A DNA stretch of 64,000 nt from Haliotis rufescens (GCF_023055435.1 NW_025963779.1:18600001-18664000), one strand, 5' to 3'; positions 10,587 through 23,788 are shown, numbered from the stretch's first letter. Translations and numbers: made by a program. Notes: generated from the sequence alone by a model not told the origin.

Positions 10587-12089
10587 TACTCAATAACAAA
10601 AGTTCCTGTGACACCAATATTTTAGTATATTTTTCAAACAAGTAAAGTTTGGTTTTTAATATTGTAGTACATGTATGGAATCAAGTCACAAAAACGCAAC
10701 TGCTACAAAAAAGCATGCATTCCATGCAAAAGTTGACTTTTATGCAAGCCCCATGCATTTCACTACCGAAGAATGGGTATAAAAAACATATGCGTTAACG
10801 GGATTCCATATGCATTGTTTGGCATCGTGCTGACAACAACCACTCAGAAACACAACAAAATTACGCAATTATTCAACATTACGAAATGCCACGCCTGTCG
10901 GAAAATGAGCGTCTGCGAGCGATTGGTATGCTTGAAGCAGGATCAAGTCAACGTGATCTTGCAAGACAATTTAACGTCCATAGAAACACCATTTGGTGTT
11001 TATGGCAACGTTGGCAACAGACGAATGCAGTCAGAGACCATCCTCGGAGTAGCAGGCCACGCGTAACCAATAATCGACACGACAACTGGATTCGAACAAC
11101 ACACCTACGAAATCGATTCCAGCCAGCAACAGTGACTGCAAGAAGCATTCCAGGCCTTCGACGAATATCTTCACAAACAAACCGTACGTCGTCGCCTCAG
11201 ATGTGCAGGGATTGTCGCCAGAAGACCCACCAGACGTCCCATTTTGACAGGAAACCACCGTCAAGCACGTCTACTGTGGTGCAGACAGCGTCTACGCAGG
11301 ACGGCCATTCAGTGGGGGCAAGTTCTATTCACTGACGAGTCTCGTTTTCACCCCAGCCACAGCGATGGACGGATTCGAGTGTGCCGACGTCGAGGTGAAC
11401 GTTACGTCAGTCATTGTGTCATGGAAGAAAATCTTTTCGGGGACGGCAGCGTTATGGTATGGGGTGGGATTACAGCATGACAGAGGACCTGTTTGATAGT
11501 GGTAGAGGGAAATCTCAATGGACAGCGCTACCGCGACGAGATCATCGGCCCTGTTGTTCTACCGTTTTTGCGTCGTCATGGCCCAGACATTACAACGCCC
11601 GGCCTCATATTGCTCGACATATTGCTCAGGATTCCCTTCAACAAAACAACGTGAATGTCATCACCTGACCGGCTCGCTCCCCTGATCTCTCACCAATCGA
11701 GCACATGTGGGATGAGATGTATCGGCGCCTTCGACGTCAACCACATGTTCCACAGACACTCCAGGAACTTCGAAACATGCTCCAGCAGATATGGATAGAT
11801 ATCCCACAGGACTTTGTGCGACGCCTGGTCCATTCCATGAGACGAAGATGTGTTGCTTGCATCGCAACCAGAGGTGGACACACACGCTATTGATTTGTAA
11901 ATTGACATTTTGGCATGTTCATGTTTATTTTATGAAATCACGCATTTTCTGAAATCAGTATGGCAAATTAAACCATTTGAACACTTACAGGAGTCGTTTA
12001 TCTGTTGCAAACCGAAATTGTTTCAGATTTGGTAAAAAAACTTGGCATTAAATCTTATTCAATGTCACAGGAACTTTTGTGGTAGAGTA
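10587..12089 (+). mobile_element. Tc1-family (DD34E) DNA transposon, defective
   Basis: About 27-bp TIRs TACTC..ACAAAAGTTCCTGTGACA / TGTCACAGGAACTTTTGTGGTAGAGTA in a TA-rich target; internal transposase remnant. Confidence 0.9.
10886..11893 (+). pseudogene. Tc1 transposase pseudogene
   Basis: HTH N-terminus MPRLSENERLRAIGMLEAG, VLFTDESRF, GSVMVWGGI, NARPH, SPDLSPIEHMWD, RGGHTRY* are split across frames by frameshifts and stops. Confidence 0.88.
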
Positions 12090-12376
12090 TATATAGACAT
12101 TAAAGACGAAAAAGAAGAAATACAAATGTACCTTGATATAAATACATAGCATAGTTCAGGTGATACAGGTGTAGGTATTAACACGCACGTGAACACATGC
12201 TGTCTTTTTCTCTCTCTCTCCCTCGCTCTCTCTCGACATACGTATAGCAACATTAAGGGCGAATAAAAATATATACAAATGCAAATGTACTTTTACACAT
12301 TACATAGTTATAGATACAGGAGTTGTTATGTCACGCAGACGTACATTCTCTCAGCTCTATTTTGAAAACATATATA

Positions 12377-12537
12377 CAGCACACTACGGTTAAAACGAAC
12401 ACGCTTATAACGAACTGACGGGTATAACAAATATGTTTTTTGGTCCTGGCCATTGCTGTATATGCTTATAACGAACTACGGTTATAACGAACTAAATTTA
12501 GCAGTCCCTTTGAGTTCGTTTTAACCGTAGGTTACTG
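12377..12537. mobile_element. 161-bp pogo/Tigger-like MITE in the 3'UTR of nAChR copy A
   Basis: TA|CAGCACACTACGGTTAAAACGAAC ... GTTCGTTTTAACCGTAGGTTACTG|TA; absent from the paralogous sites of B and C. Confidence 0.8.
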
Positions 12538-12567
12538 TATATCTTCTAATTCACTCAACAACAGGGA

Positions 12568-15500
12568 TCATTGTAAGATACTCGGCAGTAAAACCGCCAA
12601 AGTACAAGCTACAGTTGCAATGAAGAATAAGACAAGGAACAATCTGTCCATCACGACTGCCACCTTCTTCCACTCCTCATCAATGACCTCGGCTTCTTGT
12701 TTGTCGATGTCCCGCTTGTTGATCTCCTTGAGAACTGACAGCTGTTCTTGCATCACTTTTTCCAAGGGCAGTAAATGATGTTGGTCGGACACAGCAGTTT
12801 TGAGAGATTCGAAATTAGCCACTCCCTTTTGTTTTAACGTGTTGAAATGGTTCTGAAACAATGGAAAGTGTATGTTAACCTTTACACGTCCATCTACAGT
12901 GTAATCTACTGGGCCAAAGAGAGCATACACTTTAAAAAATTGGAAGTGACCAAAACATTACATCAAAACGTTACTGGGCTCAAAACAGTCGCCGAAACAC
13001 TGCAAACTTCAGGTTTAAAACATAACTATGAGACTCGCATCATATACCCCAGCGGGTGAACATTCCTTGTTTGTTTCATTTTAAGCAGGCTTCGAACATA
13101 GGTGTATACTTTCTTTTGCCTGGCCGTTGGCATCAACCAGTGTGTATTCATCGTATATAAAATACACGGTTTGCTTGAAACCGTCATTGAAAGTACAAAC
13201 ATCAGTAGAATAGAAGCTGTCAGAAGTACATTGAAGTGAGTGGCTGTACTATGGGTTATGTAGGCTTATAACAATGGGTGTTACATTGACTGCTGTCAGT
13301 TTGATGTTGAAGGAAATGGAAGCATGTAGCAGACGCTGCCGACTCTGGTGAAACCGACAAGCACCTGTATGCTGCTGACAGACAACGGACGAAACTCGAG
13401 GAGCTCCCGGAGACCTACTTGAACTGAGTTTGTCGCTACCCAAACATCTACAGCGTTAAGGATTTCTTTGTATTTGTACATCATTTGAATTTATAATTCT
13501 ATTGTAAGAGTCGATTTGTGCATTATAATCCAAGAACTATTTATTTTCTTTCTACAAAGGCGTAGTATTTCAAAGCTACCTCGTCAGAATTCATACACCT
13601 CTTATATTTAACTATTATGGTATATGAGTATATTCAATTTGATATGTTGGTAATATTGGTATTTTTAATTAAATCAAGTTTCCTATAGCCGTCAAAATTC
13701 ATTGGATTTTGGAAAAATAACTCTTTGAATTCATAGTTAAAATATAACATTGCGATCTTAAAGTAGACGTATCTTACCCTATGGCCGTTGATGTAGACGT
13801 CCGTTGTCGTCACTGGGTACACTGATGGTTCTTTCTTCACACACAGGAACCACGAAAGAGTTCCAAGAAATATCTTCCTGATCCAGCGAGGAACTGGGAC
13901 GCCATGCTGACCTCTGAAGTGCACGTTGAGCACGGTCACTGTGAGGGCCGTCGAAAGGGTCACCAGCAGCAGGACCACGCAGAAGTAGATTCCTGTGGAA
14001 GGATGGAGTATTTAGTTGTCTTAAATCAGGCTGAATGTGTTTGGTGGTTAAAGCGTTCGCTCGTAACACCGAAGGTCTGGGTTCGATTCCCCACATGGGC
14101 ACAATGTGTGAAGCCTTTTTTTTTAACTGAGACTGAATAGCGTATTTAGAACATACCTATGTAAGGGAAGTTGTCCGACGTTGGCGGTAACGACTGGGCG
14201 ACAAGCAGCATGAACACTGACAGAGACAGCAACACCGTGATTTCAAGCGCCACCTTCTCCCCGGCGTCTGGGGGTAGCAGGAACCCAAGCAGACCCACAG
14301 CGGAGATCAGTATACAGGGGAACAACAGGTTCACTACGTAAAAGAACGGCTTACGTCGCAGAGAGACGTAGAACGTCACGTCAGGGTAGGGTTCTGGGCA
14401 GCAGCTGTAGAACTGCTCGTGCCGCACCCCTGGGACACTTAGCAGCTCCCACTCCGTGTTGACCTTGTAGTCGGACATGTCCCCTGCCTTGGGGCCAACG
14501 GTGATGTTGATCTGGTGGCCATTGAAGGCCCAGGAACCGAACCGAAGGGCGCATGTTTGGCCATCGAAGGGGAAGTAGGTGACGTCGACGGGACAGAGGC
14601 TTTCGATGACGGTGGGGAAGTTGTAGCTTGCGGCGCCGTCTGAGGTGAAGGTCGGCCTGTAGTCCTTCAGGCCAATAAGCTCGTCTCCAGCACTGGGGGA
14701 GAATCCAGGAGAATTGTTATGTTTGTTATGGCAACACATAGATCACGCAGGGATGTGGGCATTTAGAAGGGTTTGGAGACATGGTGGTCAATCGATGGTT
14801 GCTTGATTTTTTTTGATTTTTTTTTTTTTGGGGGGGGGGGCTTGTTTATTTGTTGTTTAACACCGCACTCAGCAATATTTCTAGCTATATGACGACGGTC
14901 TGGACCAGACAATCCAGTAATTGCCACAATAAACATCGACTCACGCATTTGCGAAACACTAACATGGAATCAACCAAGTCACCGGGCCTGATAACATTAT
15001 CCATTTAGTCGCCTCGTTATTGTTACCCGGAATCCTCATTGGTCAATATGAGGGACAGCGTTACAAAAAGCCATCACTAATGTGTATCTCACTCACTTGT
15101 CATATAGAGTAATATCCGGGGTCCATACTTTTGCATAGGGGAGGACAAGTTGTGAGATGCCCCCGTACTCGCTGGCGTTCCAGGTCATCTGACAGTCATA
15201 CCAGTTCTACAACAAACATATTATGATTAACACAAATATAGACCTATGACAGCAGATGATTCTTCTTCACTCTGGGACAAGGCTTGGTGTTCGTGTGTTG
15301 TGTGTTGTGTGTATAGAGTGTAGAAACCAGTCGCATCTCGAACAGTGATCGCACAGGTAAATCAGGTAACAATGGGCAGTTCGTGTGAGATAAGGTTAAC
15401 AGAAGAACCCCATATCAACTTGAATGGTTGATAAAGAGTGTAACAGCAGTACTAACCAATCGGATCCAGGCGTTGAGTGTCAATATCTGTTTGGGTTCAT

Positions 15501-18452
15501 CCTGTAACAGAAGCAAAGGTGCATCTATATTATGATGGCGACAGGGAATTCGAGAAAACCGTGTTTGAACAGGTTTTAATTACAAATGTATATGTATATC
15601 AGCATGGTTTCTATTTTAAACTAGGAGTAATAACAACCTTCTCTGACAATTGTTTAAATACATCTTCACACAGTGTTGGTGTTGGTTACAATTGTTTTCA
15701 TCTAAGGGTAAAACGTCACGATCCCAATTTAAAGGTTTCAAAATCTTTTGTATTGAAATCCTTATATTACCAACCAAACACGGATTCAACCGTCAATTTA
15801 GCTTACACACTTGCCATACTTTTCGTCTTCCACAAAGACGTATATAAGTTTTGTTGTTCACTTCCCATCACTACTGTTTTGTTTCGACATTTTTGTGAGT
15901 GTATATATCCCTAAGGCTTTCCCATTTTTTCTGGAAACATATCAAGGTGGGACACGTATGTGGCTTTTGAATTTTCTTGATTCTAATAATTGACGTGCGG
16001 ACCACCCCATGCATGTATCGCATCTTATATCTTAGCCCCATGTCAGAATGTTGAATACTCGGGGTATATGTGGTTTTATGCACCCTTGTTAGGTTTTATA
16101 CCACCAGACTCTTGCTCTTGATGTGAAAACTTACGCGGGTCGCATAAAACCACATAATCCCCTCGCTATACTGCTACAACGTATAACACATGGACATGTG
16201 AAATCAAAATATGTCGTTCACTTTACATTGGAGAATATAACATGATGATAATAACTGACTTGTAATTGATTTCCGGACGGTAGGGCAGCACGTGCTATGT
16301 CTGAGCACTCCTGATGACATCACTGATTTTCAGAGATCCATTCATTAATTTACACCACTATTTTGCCTTTTACGCCCAATGAAAACTGTTTCGATGGATA
16401 ATCGAGACTGGTTATTCTCCGTAATTGACGATTTTTAAATCGGGTGTCCCGATCAGTGAATGCACAAAAGAACAAAGTAAATAAAAAGATTTGCTGCCCA
16501 ACAAGACCCATCGTGGATTAGCTGTCTACTAACCAGCTCCATGATCTGTCTGATTACAGACCAACAAGACCTGATGTGGATTAGCTGTCTACTAACCAGC
16601 TCCATGATCTATCTGATTACAGACCAACAAGACCTGATGTGCATTAGGTGTCTACTAACCAGCTCCATGATCTATCTGATTACAGACCAACAAGACCTGA
16701 TGTGGATTAGCTGTCTACTAACCAACTCCATGATCTATCTGATTACAGACCAACAAGACCTGATGTGGATTAGCTGTCTACTAACCAGCTCCAGGATCTA
16801 TCTGATTACAGACCAACAAGACCTGATGTGGATTAGGTGTCTACTAACCAGCTCCATGATCTGTCTGATTGCGATGCCAACTTTGACCTCTATAGGAGCG
16901 TCCGCTCCACAGATTGGCCGCACTTCACTCTTGTAATGAGTAAACAGCTTGTCCAGCAGTGCTTTCTGCTTGCCATGGATTCCTGCCACTGTAGAGAAAT
17001 ATGAAAATGTGTCTTTACTCTATACCGCACATTAATATAATAAAATACAACATTATCTTTCTGACGAAACAACAAAAAACTAGCCAGCGTTCTCCAAAAA
17101 TAAATTCTATAAAACCGTATTTTGTTGTGTATTGATAAGTGGTATTTTAGGTTCAGGAAAAAGCAAGAAGATTTTGTTTAGGAGTATATGTTTTCAGTCG
17201 AGATTATGCAGAGAAAAATCCGGTGTCTTAATCGTTGAATTTAGAGTCCTTTGGTGCGACAACTCACGTTCATTGTTGTCTTTGGTATCATGATATTTCC
17301 AAATTCAAATCATGAACCATATTATGTCATACAGAGCTTTGATAGGTTGATATCATATCAAATGCAGTCCTACTTAACCCAAAAGCAGAAACAAAATGCA
17401 TAAATGTCCTCTATATGTTTTCCTGATTAATATTCTCCAAAATCTCCTCGAACAGATGCTAATATCCATTAACTGTTCAGTATTGTATCTGAATCTATGT
17501 ATAATTCGTGCAGTGTGTAAACCAACAAACGTGGTTGGTTGTGATTATGAACACCTTAACCAGCTTATTGTTTCCACAGAATGGGGGAAAAACTAGCCAG
17601 TGAAGCTTGTGACGCCCTAACAACAGCAGTCAGTCAATATGTGAAAAGGCAAAACTATCCAACAATCCAAATTACTTCATACATGAGGTACACAAAACAA
17701 AGAAATACTGTTAAAAATCTCCGAAAACAAGCACAGGAGAGCTTCCATTGTAATTTAGATGGGGTTTTTATCAACTGTATCCAAAGAAAATAACTCCAAC
17801 TATTGGAAGATATATTTTGAAGGATTCTGGTACAAAAACAACTGTACCCCGTTTGGTCACTGGTGTTTCAAGAATGCCAACCGCTTTTTCAGATTCGGAA
17901 AGGTCGGAAGCATTTAATAAGTACTTCATTTCAGTTACACATATCGATGATTTTAACCATGTGTACCTGATACTGATCACATTAGTGGTTGTGAACTTCA
18001 AGAGTTTCCTCTTGAACATAACGAAATAATCGATTTGAAAAAGTCACTTTATGAAGGAGGAAGCATATACTCCGAAACGAAGTGTTCCTCATAATAAGGA
18101 AGTTGACATCCATTATTTCTCTTCCTTATTCGACGGTGATTCATATAACGTGCTAATGATAAAGACAAACCACTTTTCTAAGTGAAGGAGAACAAGAAGG
18201 TGAAAGATCCAAGATTCAAATGCATATTAGATTATCAAGGATCCTTGTTCCTTGTCAAGCTAACTACCCATGCATGCTACTGCTTGAGATCAAGAAAGAG
18301 AACGTTAGAAGACTACTACTTGGAAACTTTATTTGTTTTCTGTCTTAAACGTTCGCCAGACCCGTGTTGAAAATATGACCTGCAATGTAGTCTACAACAG
18401 TGTTTTACTCACCCAGGAGTCCCATGAATATTACCAATCCTACGTCAGCCAT
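12568..18452 (-). CDS. Nicotinic acetylcholine receptor alpha-type subunit, copy A (alpha7/alpha9/alpha10-like, 456 aa, 7 coding exons)
   Basis: Exons 18452-18413 (40 bp, signal peptide [13 protein letters not shown]), 16988-16849 (140), 15501-15457 (45), 15206-15097 (110), 14692-14157 (536), 13992-13778 (215), 12852-12568 (285). All introns are GT-AG with consistent phases; total 1371 nt. Motifs: Cys-loop [15 protein letters not shown], loop C YSCCPEPY (vicinal Cys = alpha), [16 protein letters not shown] before TM2, MA/TM4 [15 protein letters not shown]. The 140/45/110 exon sizes are the canonical nAChR pattern. Confidence 0.95.
14041..14116 (+). mobile_element. Family D SINE fragment in intron 5 (paralogous copies at about 27547-27622 and about 41224-41300)
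   Basis: gtggttaaagcgttcgctcg...gggttcgattccccacatgggcacaatgtgtgaagcc. Confidence 0.7.
14843..15043 (-). mobile_element. Family P retroposon remnant in intron 4 (paralogous copies at about 28350-28550 and about 42005-42230)
   Basis: tgtttaacaccgcactcagcaatatt...tagtcgcctc...cccggaatcctca is the reverse complement of family P. Confidence 0.7.
16498..16872 (-). repeat. 63-bp minisatellite spanning the exon2/intron2 boundary of nAChR copy A (5 extra units, 6 donor sites)
   Basis: Unit = first 39 nt of the intron + last 24 nt of the exon (...ATGGAGCTG|GTTAGT). Donors at 16849, 16786, 16723, 16660, 16597, 16534. Confidence 0.93.
17600..17960 (+). mobile_element. Degenerate CR1/L2-type LINE ORF2 fragment in intron 1 (duplicate at about 31270-31630)
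   Basis: Translation [18 protein letters not shown] resembles the D..KAE.FN.YF.SV motif between the endonuclease and RT domains. Confidence 0.45.
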
Positions 18453-19084
18453 TTCACTTCACATACACTATGTCCCTGTGGGGATGTGTGTTCCGGTCCT
18501 ACCAAGTGTTCAGATACAACTAATGACCTCACAGATTGTGTCATACCTATAAGTAACGGATTCCAAGGGGCGTTACTGCTAATCATTTCACTGTAAGGTA
18601 GTATAACCAACCAAATGTGCAGCATAAATCCACCAATTATCCCTCCTTGTTAAATAATGTTTGTTTTAATTGTTTAAATATATACCCCCAGCAGACGCGA
18701 GGTGGCTAAATACCAATTAAAGAATACCCTGAAACAAAGACATCACAATGGTTTACAGGCGCCGCATGTCAAACCGACGAGTATAGCTTGGAAGTTGATT
18801 CAACAATAGCTTTCAGCAGATTCTGTCACATCGCCTGCAGCAGTGTCATGACCTATAACAACAAGTGTTGGTCTTTGTACAACGAGTAAGCATATACTCG
18901 GAAACGTTGTGTTCCTCATAATAAAGAAGTTGATATCCATATATTCTCTTCTCTTTTTTTATAACGAATTTATATAAAATAGCATAAGGAATCAATCCAT
19001 ATACTTAAACAGAAGTACAAGCCCATGTTGGATCAGTGAAGAAGCCTGATGATGTGGACTACTTGAGTTATAAGTGCGTCTTAC

Positions 19085-19140
19085 CGTTAACACAGTCATC
19101 TCAGACTTATAGGATACCAGTGTAAATATTCAATATTTAA
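19085..19140 (-). promoter_or_regulatory. Putative non-coding 5'UTR exon of nAChR copy A (paralogous donors at 32754 in B and 50366 in C)
   Basis: Block about 19000-19150 is strongly conserved with about 50280-50430 despite divergent flanks. It contains the minus-strand donor AACG|GTAAGA, with a matching acceptor CCTTACAG| at 18591-18593 (C: 45380-45382) upstream of the ATG exon. The exon's 5' boundary is a guess. Confidence 0.5.
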
Positions 19141-22100
19141 TAGGAAGTAAATGTGCAATCATGTACAATATGAAACTATATCTCTATGACAACAAAAATA
19201 ATGAGGAATGAGAGAAATAATACACGTCACAGTTGTATCCAACTCTACGAAATGCTTTAGGAATCATATTTCGGCCCTGAATCGAAGTTCCCCATATCAG
19301 GCTTCAGTTTAATCCGACGCGATCAGACCAAATTAACAAAGGGTCAGGCGTTGGGGGATTAGCGATCCTTTAAAGGGGATTAAAAGTAAACTGAGCTCAG
19401 GTAGCTTAAAATGACATACGTCAAAGACAATTAAATAACAAAACACATTAAACTAATTAACATACAACGTCTGTCTTTCATCAGCTACATCGATGAGGGA
19501 ATACTTAAGATACCACCAAATTGCAAGTGATGTTACGGACTAGTAATTATTGTTTACCCCTAACATGATGTGCAGAATTCATACACAATAGGATATCCAC
19601 TCTTGATTGTATGTTATCTGCATTTGGCCCCGATTGGTTTGGGAATTTGAAACTACAAACTTTCAAATTTCTGAAAATTGCAACCGGTCTTCGTTACTAA
19701 ATGCCAAAGTTCAAGGTCTACAGTAAATTTGGAAAAGAATCATGTATAAACTCATCATCATATTTTGGCATATAATTGCAACAAATAAGAAAACCCCAAA
19801 ATTAACAAACATTTGAATCCAGTTTATCACTCATAATGGACACCCATGTTGTTGCTAAACTCATATGAGATTAGTTTCGTGAAAAAGCTACTTAATGATT
19901 GTGGACTTACTGAATTGTTTGATAACCTGTCCATATGTTCTTGGTAATGGTTGATAAAAGGACTATTTAAATATCAATATTTGCAAAACTGGCGCAGCTG
20001 TATTTTGGAAAATTCAATAGATTTGTACTACAAAGAATTAAAAAAAACTTTATCTTTTGAAAATTATCTCGAATCTTCTCCATTAGCGAATTATGTACAT
20101 TCCCAAAGCAATCAACGAGTGGCCAAATATGTACAAATATAAAAAATTGTTGTTACCCCAGACTGGGAAAAATTAAAGAATCTTTCAAAATTGTTTAATG
20201 GACTTTTTAAACATGTTCCGATAAACATAATTTCCAGTTCTGTCACCCTACTTGTATATCTATTGAATGTAAATATGTATGCTCATGTACCACCGTTCGC
20301 CCCACCGGTGGCACCCGTCACAAACACATGCACAGGCAAGTCAAGACATACTATCTACCTGTTACCTAAACTATTTCTTGTCATGGCCCGATTTGATATT
20401 TTCTTTGTTTAGGATAGAATTCCTCATTAATGTTTCCCTATTAGACTAAAATCTAGTCTCTGAAATGAACATATCGTACATAAAAAAAACAGTTGTTTAG
20501 TTATCTTAATAAAAATATAATAAAAAGGAGCCCAGTGACTCTCTTCATTCCTGATACTGCAGTGATCTAGACTTGCCAAACATTATAGACTTGCATGGGC
20601 TGTATTTGATATATATTTGTATCAGGGTCTGAAAGACAGACTATTTCCCTATATGTTGTTGACTATAAGAATGTTTTCCCTTTGAGTGGAGGCAGAACAT
20701 GTAGTTTGGTTTCAATGTTAAATCATTCAACTAGCCATAGCATGCAATAATTCAATTTATGAATATTAGTACTCTTTATTCTTCAGAGTTCCATAAGCGC
20801 TGCAATTATGCGTAAAATATGCAAGCTAAATTAGTTTGGAGTTGTTTGCGTACAAATACGCATGATAATATATCTATAATATGTACGTAATTACCTAATG
20901 TAGACTTTCAAGCTTGCGAACTATTATTCCTTGACATGTCTTGACTTACTAACAGCATGCATACATAGTTGAACTCTACCACATTAAATAATGCCCAAAA
21001 GTGCCACGCCAAGAAAACATTTTAACTTAACCTGTGTATGTGATGTGACACATATGGAGCACCACATAAACAGATGCAAATCAGAAGGTGACACAGCATT
21101 TGAAGGCGTTTGTTTTTTTTGGGTTTTTTTTAGAAAAGGTCCCATTGGTTTAAAAATACCTTGATAGCCTGGACTTAAAAGAATTAAAATAAATATTGAA
21201 CACAATTAATGCCCAATCAAAGATAACACATGAGTACATATGCAATGGCTCAAACAATTATATGGGATTCTATAATTGTACATGTTTTGGCAGAGATTTC
21301 TTATGAATGTGGAAAGGGTTTTGCTGCTTAGGTTAATGTTATGGATGTTTCACATTTGTCCGTTCGTTTGTTTGTACTGCAACAAAAGACCCCTTCTTCC
21401 AAATGTGTACTGAGCATTTCAATATCACTTTTACAAACAAGTAAACTTTACATTTTGAAGAATTGAAAATTGTCGACAAAGAAGCTCATTTCAATGAAAA
21501 CTAAAGCGTTTGTAACAGAGAATGTCTGAGGATTTTAGAACACCCTAATTGATAATGAATTAAGGTTTTCATGAAACTTCGAAAACAAGAAAACTAGATT
21601 ATTTGCCACAATGTCAGCTCCTTAGCTGTATTTTCAGAAGATTTTCATAACACCCTAATTGACTATGCAGTAAAAGTTGAATTTTAAGAAATTCAAACAC
21701 TTTGTCATGGTACTTGTTAGAAATAGGGTGTTTGAAATCAGTCGAAAATCCAATTTTGTCTACCATATGCAAAGTTATGCCAGAGTTAACCCTATATATT
21801 TTAAAGTGATTTTATGAACGGATATTCACCAAACTATGCAAACCAGACCTCCCATACAAAGCCAACATCTGAGAAAAAGTCTTACCGCTTGTGAACTGTT
21901 CATAAACAACGCTTGGTTATCCAATTAATCTAATTACTTCAATGAGGTATTAAACATCACTTTGTATCCATTTGTCTAATTACTATCATTATCTTATATC
22001 ATTTTTAATAAGAAAAGAAATAATTCTGAGTAACTGCGTCCATGAATTGTACTGGGGATCACAGGTATCAGGTAAATATGACTGTGGCATAGCAGTCATA

Positions 22101-23787
22101 CTATTTTGATATTTATGAAAAAACAAAAACATTGTATCCAATTATTAGTATGTATTTCAAACAAATTAAGTAGTTTGGCACATGTATTTTCACCTCCCCG
22201 TAAACCCATTGGCACAGGTTTCCTGTATTGTCGCTGCTCCTCTAAAACCTCAGGGTTTATGAAGAAACTGTGTGTGTTTTTACCTTTCATGTATTACCTA
22301 ATATCATGTTCCAGGAACTTTCAGGTGAGCTGCAGAAGATCTTCCTATGCTTGTCTCATCTCGTGATTAACACTGTTAACATGCTCAGTCCATGAGAACA
22401 CATGTTATTTGACAATAACAAATAGCCAAATATCCTCAATTTATCCAAGGTTAAATGTTTCAAACAATTTGCTCAATGGATATAACGACGGGCCAATGGA
22501 AACTGTTTCAGAATGAATGCTAATGAAAGCGACAAAACAATTTCTGTAATCGTAAAAAATGATAAACGTGTGTTTATGCAGTCAGCTGTTCACCTGAACA
22601 AGCTAGGAACGTATGGTACAAGTTAAAATATAGACCAGTGACATATTTTTTGTCACTGGTGCGTCAAATTTAGAAATGACCTCCACGGGTCTGCCATAAA
22701 TGTTTTGAATGCTGTAACCCTGATCAAAAACATTTGAGCAAGAGTTTTATGACGCTCTTTCGTAGAAAGAGTATGCTAGATTGTCGGTTGCACGATGTTT
22801 CGTGACAATATCAGGCCAAATATCATCAATTAATTAACGTATCATACAATTTACACAGCCGACATAACAATATGCCACTGCACATATTAATAGCAAGGCA
22901 TCTTGTCCAATACAATATTTTTCAAAAGATACTATTTGTATTCTAGTAATATCGCAAATGTGTGTTAACATTTACGAAGAGAAGGAAATGATTTTCAAAA
23001 CATATTTCTGAAAGTCATCTTCATCATTCATTGTTCTCCCAGGGCAAGAATTGATTGTTACAGTTTTGTTTTAGACAGACGACGATGAAGGTCTGCGATC
23101 CATCCTGCAGGGACTTTCGATGCCTGGTTGTTACAAGGTTCGCGTGGCTTTAGAAGAAGACTTCGTTCCTGCCGTAGTAACTGAAGTCGAAGCATACAAT
23201 ATTTGCTTGCCAAAATCTGTTTTCCTATTCTCATTCATTACCGAGAATTTCATGTCTCGCGGCGACATATGGAGGGTACTGTAGCAGCAAGGAATTCGCT
23301 TATGTATGCTCTGCCTTTGGTAAATATGTTATTCCGACTTACGCTGATAATAAACATACAGTTACGTATTTAAGTGAATATAAAACCTTAAGATGCCTTC
23401 GCGAAATAAAGCACCACAAGTGTAAATGGAGTGACTACACAAAGAATGCATTTCTCAAAACGTTGAAAGACGTTCAGAAACAGCGTAAAACTCGAGGTAC
23501 GCCATGTGCTTGTACGTGATTCATTAATACCCGAAGCTCTAAAATGATCCTAATATCAGCCGGAGTGAAGGATGAACACACAATGTTACGGAGTGAAAGA
23601 TGTTTTTATTGAAATGTGATGTTGAAACCAGTTACATACGCGAATTATCTCCTCATCCTATAATCGCCTCCAGACTTGGATGGTCAAAAGCTGCACACTG
23701 TTGCTGCACACGACCTCTGTGGAACATTTAGACCCATTTACAGATTGTATCCTGCAAACAAGTAAACAACCTTCTCCATTGGCTGTC

Positions 23788-23788
23788 T

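Noticed and set aside
14157-15501. ACh-insensitive chemotactile-type receptor or soluble AChBP
   Set aside because: The aromatic box and vicinal cysteines are intact and all four TM segments are encoded.
15477-15914. 145-aa ORF 'conserved' at 28977-29414, and other ORFs duplicated at an offset of about 13.6 kb
   Set aside because: Identity reflects the recent duplication; the ORF is intronic, antisense, has no recognisable motif and is absent from copy C.
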